Positions 60,992-64,000 of a stretch of DNA of 64,000 nucleotides are shown here, one piece after another. The stretch's first letter is position 1, and every line of letters begins with the position of its first letter. The notes under the pieces are model-generated. The model did not search any database. It was not told the origin of the DNA and worked only from the letters and a program-made list of their open reading frames with translations. Origin of the DNA: Chiloscyllium plagiosum (lineage: Eukaryota); NCBI RefSeq assembly GCF_004010195.1, contig NC_057754.1, forward strand, positions 8,403,023-8,467,022. Direction: 5' to 3'. The translations under genes were made by a program, and so were the position numbers.

Positions 60992-61950
60992 GTGACAAAG
61001 CTGTGGCTTTAAGAGCTGTATTTTGTCCTGTCCTTTTTTTATGAAGAAAGATTGAGACAGAGATGCTAAGCAGACTGCTCAAAGCCAATAGAGTAAAATT
61101 TGTGAGGCATTGGTTTTTTTTTAACGTTGGAACAATAGCAGCAGATGAAAATGTGGGGTCAAGCTCCCACAGAATCAGAATTTTTAGTTTTAGCTTTCAG
61201 CAGTTGCTGGGGTCTTGAAGCTGAATGTAGAAGCTCTTATTTTTCTCTCTCTGTTACAGCTAAAAGCTGGGGATTCTCTTTAAGCTGTTAGAATTGCATT
61301 GAGATCATCTGTTTTACTGAATTTGCTTTGTCAAGGGTGTGTTTATGGGGTGTTACTATCTTGGAACAGTTGATTAATAGTAGTTGATATATATTTAATT
61401 TTGTTATGCATGTCAATAGAGATATAGTTAAACCAATTCTTTTCTTTTTGTAATGTCTGTAGTGTAAAAATAAAGTGCATTTTGCTGAACATTGAGTTGT
61501 TTGATACTTACCTCAAAATAAGAAAAAGTTAAGGTCTAGACTATATTCTTAATATGTTTTGAGGGGTTTGGTTTGGAACATACTAAGTTGGGGTCTGTTA
61601 TCAGAATCAAAATCTCTTAATTCCAGACTATTGGACTTAAAGGCAGTCAGTGGTAAAGGTTGGTGTTTTTTTTAAATTTTGGATGTTATATTCGGTTGGT
61701 TTAAATAGGGTGTGCGTTGTGTCGTAATGGCTCTTTCGGTCACTAAGAGTTTCTTGGGGTGAAAGAAGACACTTTTGGTGTTTTACAGAAAGTGAGCACA
61801 GTATGTGATGAAACAGGAAGCAGACAAGAAATCAAAATGTACAATTTTGCTTGTGGAGATAAGGTGGCTATGTTACTCCCAGTGGTAGGTGAAGCTTTAA
61901 AGGCAATCTTTAGTGGGCATTATCAAAGCGAAAGGAAATTGAGAGAGGTG
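60992..61950 (+). mobile_element. Internally deleted Gypsy-like element (LTR, gag start, integrase C-terminus)
   Basis: LTR-like 60992-61583 with AATAAA; ATGGCTCTTTCG ORF start at ~61727; FACGDKVAMLLPVVGEALKAIFSGHY matches the GPY/F module pattern. Confidence 0.55.
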
Positions 61951-62480
61951 GGAGAGGACATATCCAGGGATGGTGTTACTAGTATCTGGGACAATTTCTG
62001 TCAGGTATGATTCCATGAGTATGACTATGTCAGGCTGTTGCTTGACTAGTCTGTGAGACAGCTCTCCCAATTTTGGCACTAGGCCCCCAGATGTTAGTAA
62101 GGGGATTTTGCAGGGTTGACAGGGATGTTTCTGCCATTGTCTTTTCTGGTGCCAGGTGGTCTGGTTGGTTTCATTTTTTTTGAGACTTTGTCGTGATTGG
62201 TACAACTGCAAGGCCAATTCAGAGGGAAATTGAGTCAACCACGTTGCTGCAGATCTGGAGTCACATGTAGGCCAGACTAGGTTCAGGAAAGCAGATATCC
62301 TTTCCTGAAGCACATTAGTGAATTAGGGTTTATCTGATACTTGATAATGATTTAATTATCATAAGTAGATTCTTAATTCAAGATTCTTTTTGATTGAATT
62401 TTAATTCCACAATCTGCCACGGTGGGATTTGAACCCAGTCCCCAGAGCCGAGTTTCTGAATTAACAGCCTAATGATAATA
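61950..62480 (-). mobile_element. 5' end of a LINE: tRNA-like head followed directly by the APE endonuclease start
   Basis: B box GGTTCAAATCCC (62435-62424); body matching the 58230 SINE; then GLVPKLGELSHRLVKQQPDIVILMESYL..IPGYVL (APE N-terminus). Confidence 0.7.
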
Positions 62481-63339
62481 TCTTCCCATCTAGGGTCACT
62501 GTTTTATCTAGAGGACTGGGGTACAAGGATGTAGGAGTTATGCTGCAGTTGTATAAAACTCTGGTTAGACCTCCCTTGGAGTATTGTGAGCAGATATTGT
62601 TAGAAAGGATACAAAACAGAGAACTGCAGATACTGGAAATATGAAAAACAGGAATTGCTGGAGAAAAGCAACAGATTTTTTGATTTGAATAAAGATCACT
62701 GGACCTGAAATGTTAACTCTGCTTTCTCTCCACAAAGTCTGCCATACCTGCTGAGTTTGTCCAGCAATTTCTGGTTTTGTTTAGGAAGGCTATATTTGCC
62801 TTGGAGGGAATAGAACATAGTTTACAAGAATGATAACTGGACTTCAGGGTTTAACTTATGAGGAGAGAGTACACAGATTGGACATGTTTTGTTTCCAGAA
62901 TTTGGATGGTTAAAGGGTAGCCTAAGATATTAACATGAAAAGACAGATAAACTATTTCTACTAGTCAGGGATTCGAGTACTGGGGGGGGTCATAGGCTGA
63001 GAATGAGAGTCAGACTGTTCAAGACAGATGTTAGGATGCACTTCTATGTGCAGTATAAAGGATGATCAATGTTTGGAATACTCTTCTACAAATGGCAGTT
63101 GATGCCACTTTGGTTACATTTACATTTGAGATAGATTTTTGTTAAGCAAAGGTATGAAGGGATATGGGCCAAAGGTCACAAATGGAGTTGGCCAGGGTTC
63201 ATCCATGATGTCACTGAATGGCGCAACAGGCTCCAGTGGCTGAATGTCCTACGCCTGTTGCAATGAAAGTGTGAGGAACAGTGTTTGTACTGAAAAAAAA
63301 ATAAGGCAAGGGAATACACTATAAATAACAGGAAACTAA

Positions 63340-63661
63340 GATTAGATTAGATTACATTACATGATTAGATTAGATTACTTACAGTGTGGAAACAAGCCCT
63401 TCGGCCCAACAAGTCCACACTGACCCGCCGAAGCACAACCCACCCAGACCCATTCCCCTACATTTACCCCTTCACCTAACACTACGGGCAATTTAGCATG
63501 GCCAACTCACCTAACCTGCACACTTTTGGATTGTGGGAGGAAACAGGAGCACCCGGAGGAAACCCACGCAGACATGGGGAGAATGTGCAAACTCCACACA
63601 GAGAGTCGCCTGAGGCGGGAATTGAACCCATATCTCTGGCGCTGAGAGGCAGCAGTGCCAC
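63340..63661 (-). mobile_element. HE1-type V-SINE, young subfamily (like 15544-15855)
   Basis: High similarity to 15544-15855; ATTAG tail repeats. Confidence 0.9.
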
Positions 63662-63734
63662 AGAGAAACTTTGAAGAGTTCATCTCAGGATGCCTGATAG
63701 ATAAGCTGTAAGGGGCCATATGAAGAAATTTTAG

Positions 63735-64000
63735 AACAAAGAACAATCCAGCCCAGGAAGAGATCCTTCAGCCCTCCAAGCCTGTGGTGATATAATCTGC
63801 CAAAACTAACTTCACTTACAGGGTCCGTATCTCTTTATTCCCTTCCTATTCATGTATTCATCCAGGTGCTTCTTGAATGCAGCTATTGTGTGTGCTTCCA
63901 ACACCTCCACTGGCTGCGCCTTCCAGCCACTCACCACCCTTTGTGTGAAAAACATGCCTCACACATCTCTTTTAAACATCACCTCCTGCACCTTGAACAC
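63735..64000 (-). mobile_element. CR1 3' end
   Basis: Similarity to the other minus-strand CR1 ends (CACCACCCTTTGTGTGAAAAA). Confidence 0.7.

Noticed and set aside
170..63746. Most short ORFs in the six-frame track
   Set aside because: They are off-frame or antisense readings of SINE, CR1 and Penelope copies; the same peptides recur with the repeats.

Overview
Repeat-dominated vertebrate genomic DNA, most likely from a cartilaginous fish (shark): it carries many HE1-type tRNA-derived V-SINEs, their CR1-clade (HER1-like) partner LINEs, and C2H2 genes starting MEKPWKC. The host genes form a small C2H2 zinc-finger cluster: an intact 11-finger gene (9252-10244, -), an intact 7-finger gene (47263-47853, +) and a SINE-disrupted ZNF pseudogene (~15430-16135, -). 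No effector domain is visible in any of them. Each has a candidate CpG-rich promoter (NRF1, YY1 or ZNF143-like motifs), homologous sequence at the terminal splice acceptor, and (for the intact genes) a leader made of decayed fingers. The rest is nested transposons: a full-length L1 with a 12-bp TSD and an internal inverted duplication; several Penelope-like families whose pseudo-LTRs carry minimal hammerhead ribozymes; two Gypsy remnants; Rex1/Babar, L2, Harbinger and pogo/Tigger-like remnants; a LINE with a tRNA-like head plus its derived SINE; and a heavily decayed candidate retroviral env. All calls were read by eye without database searches, and repeat boundaries are approximate unless a TSD is given.
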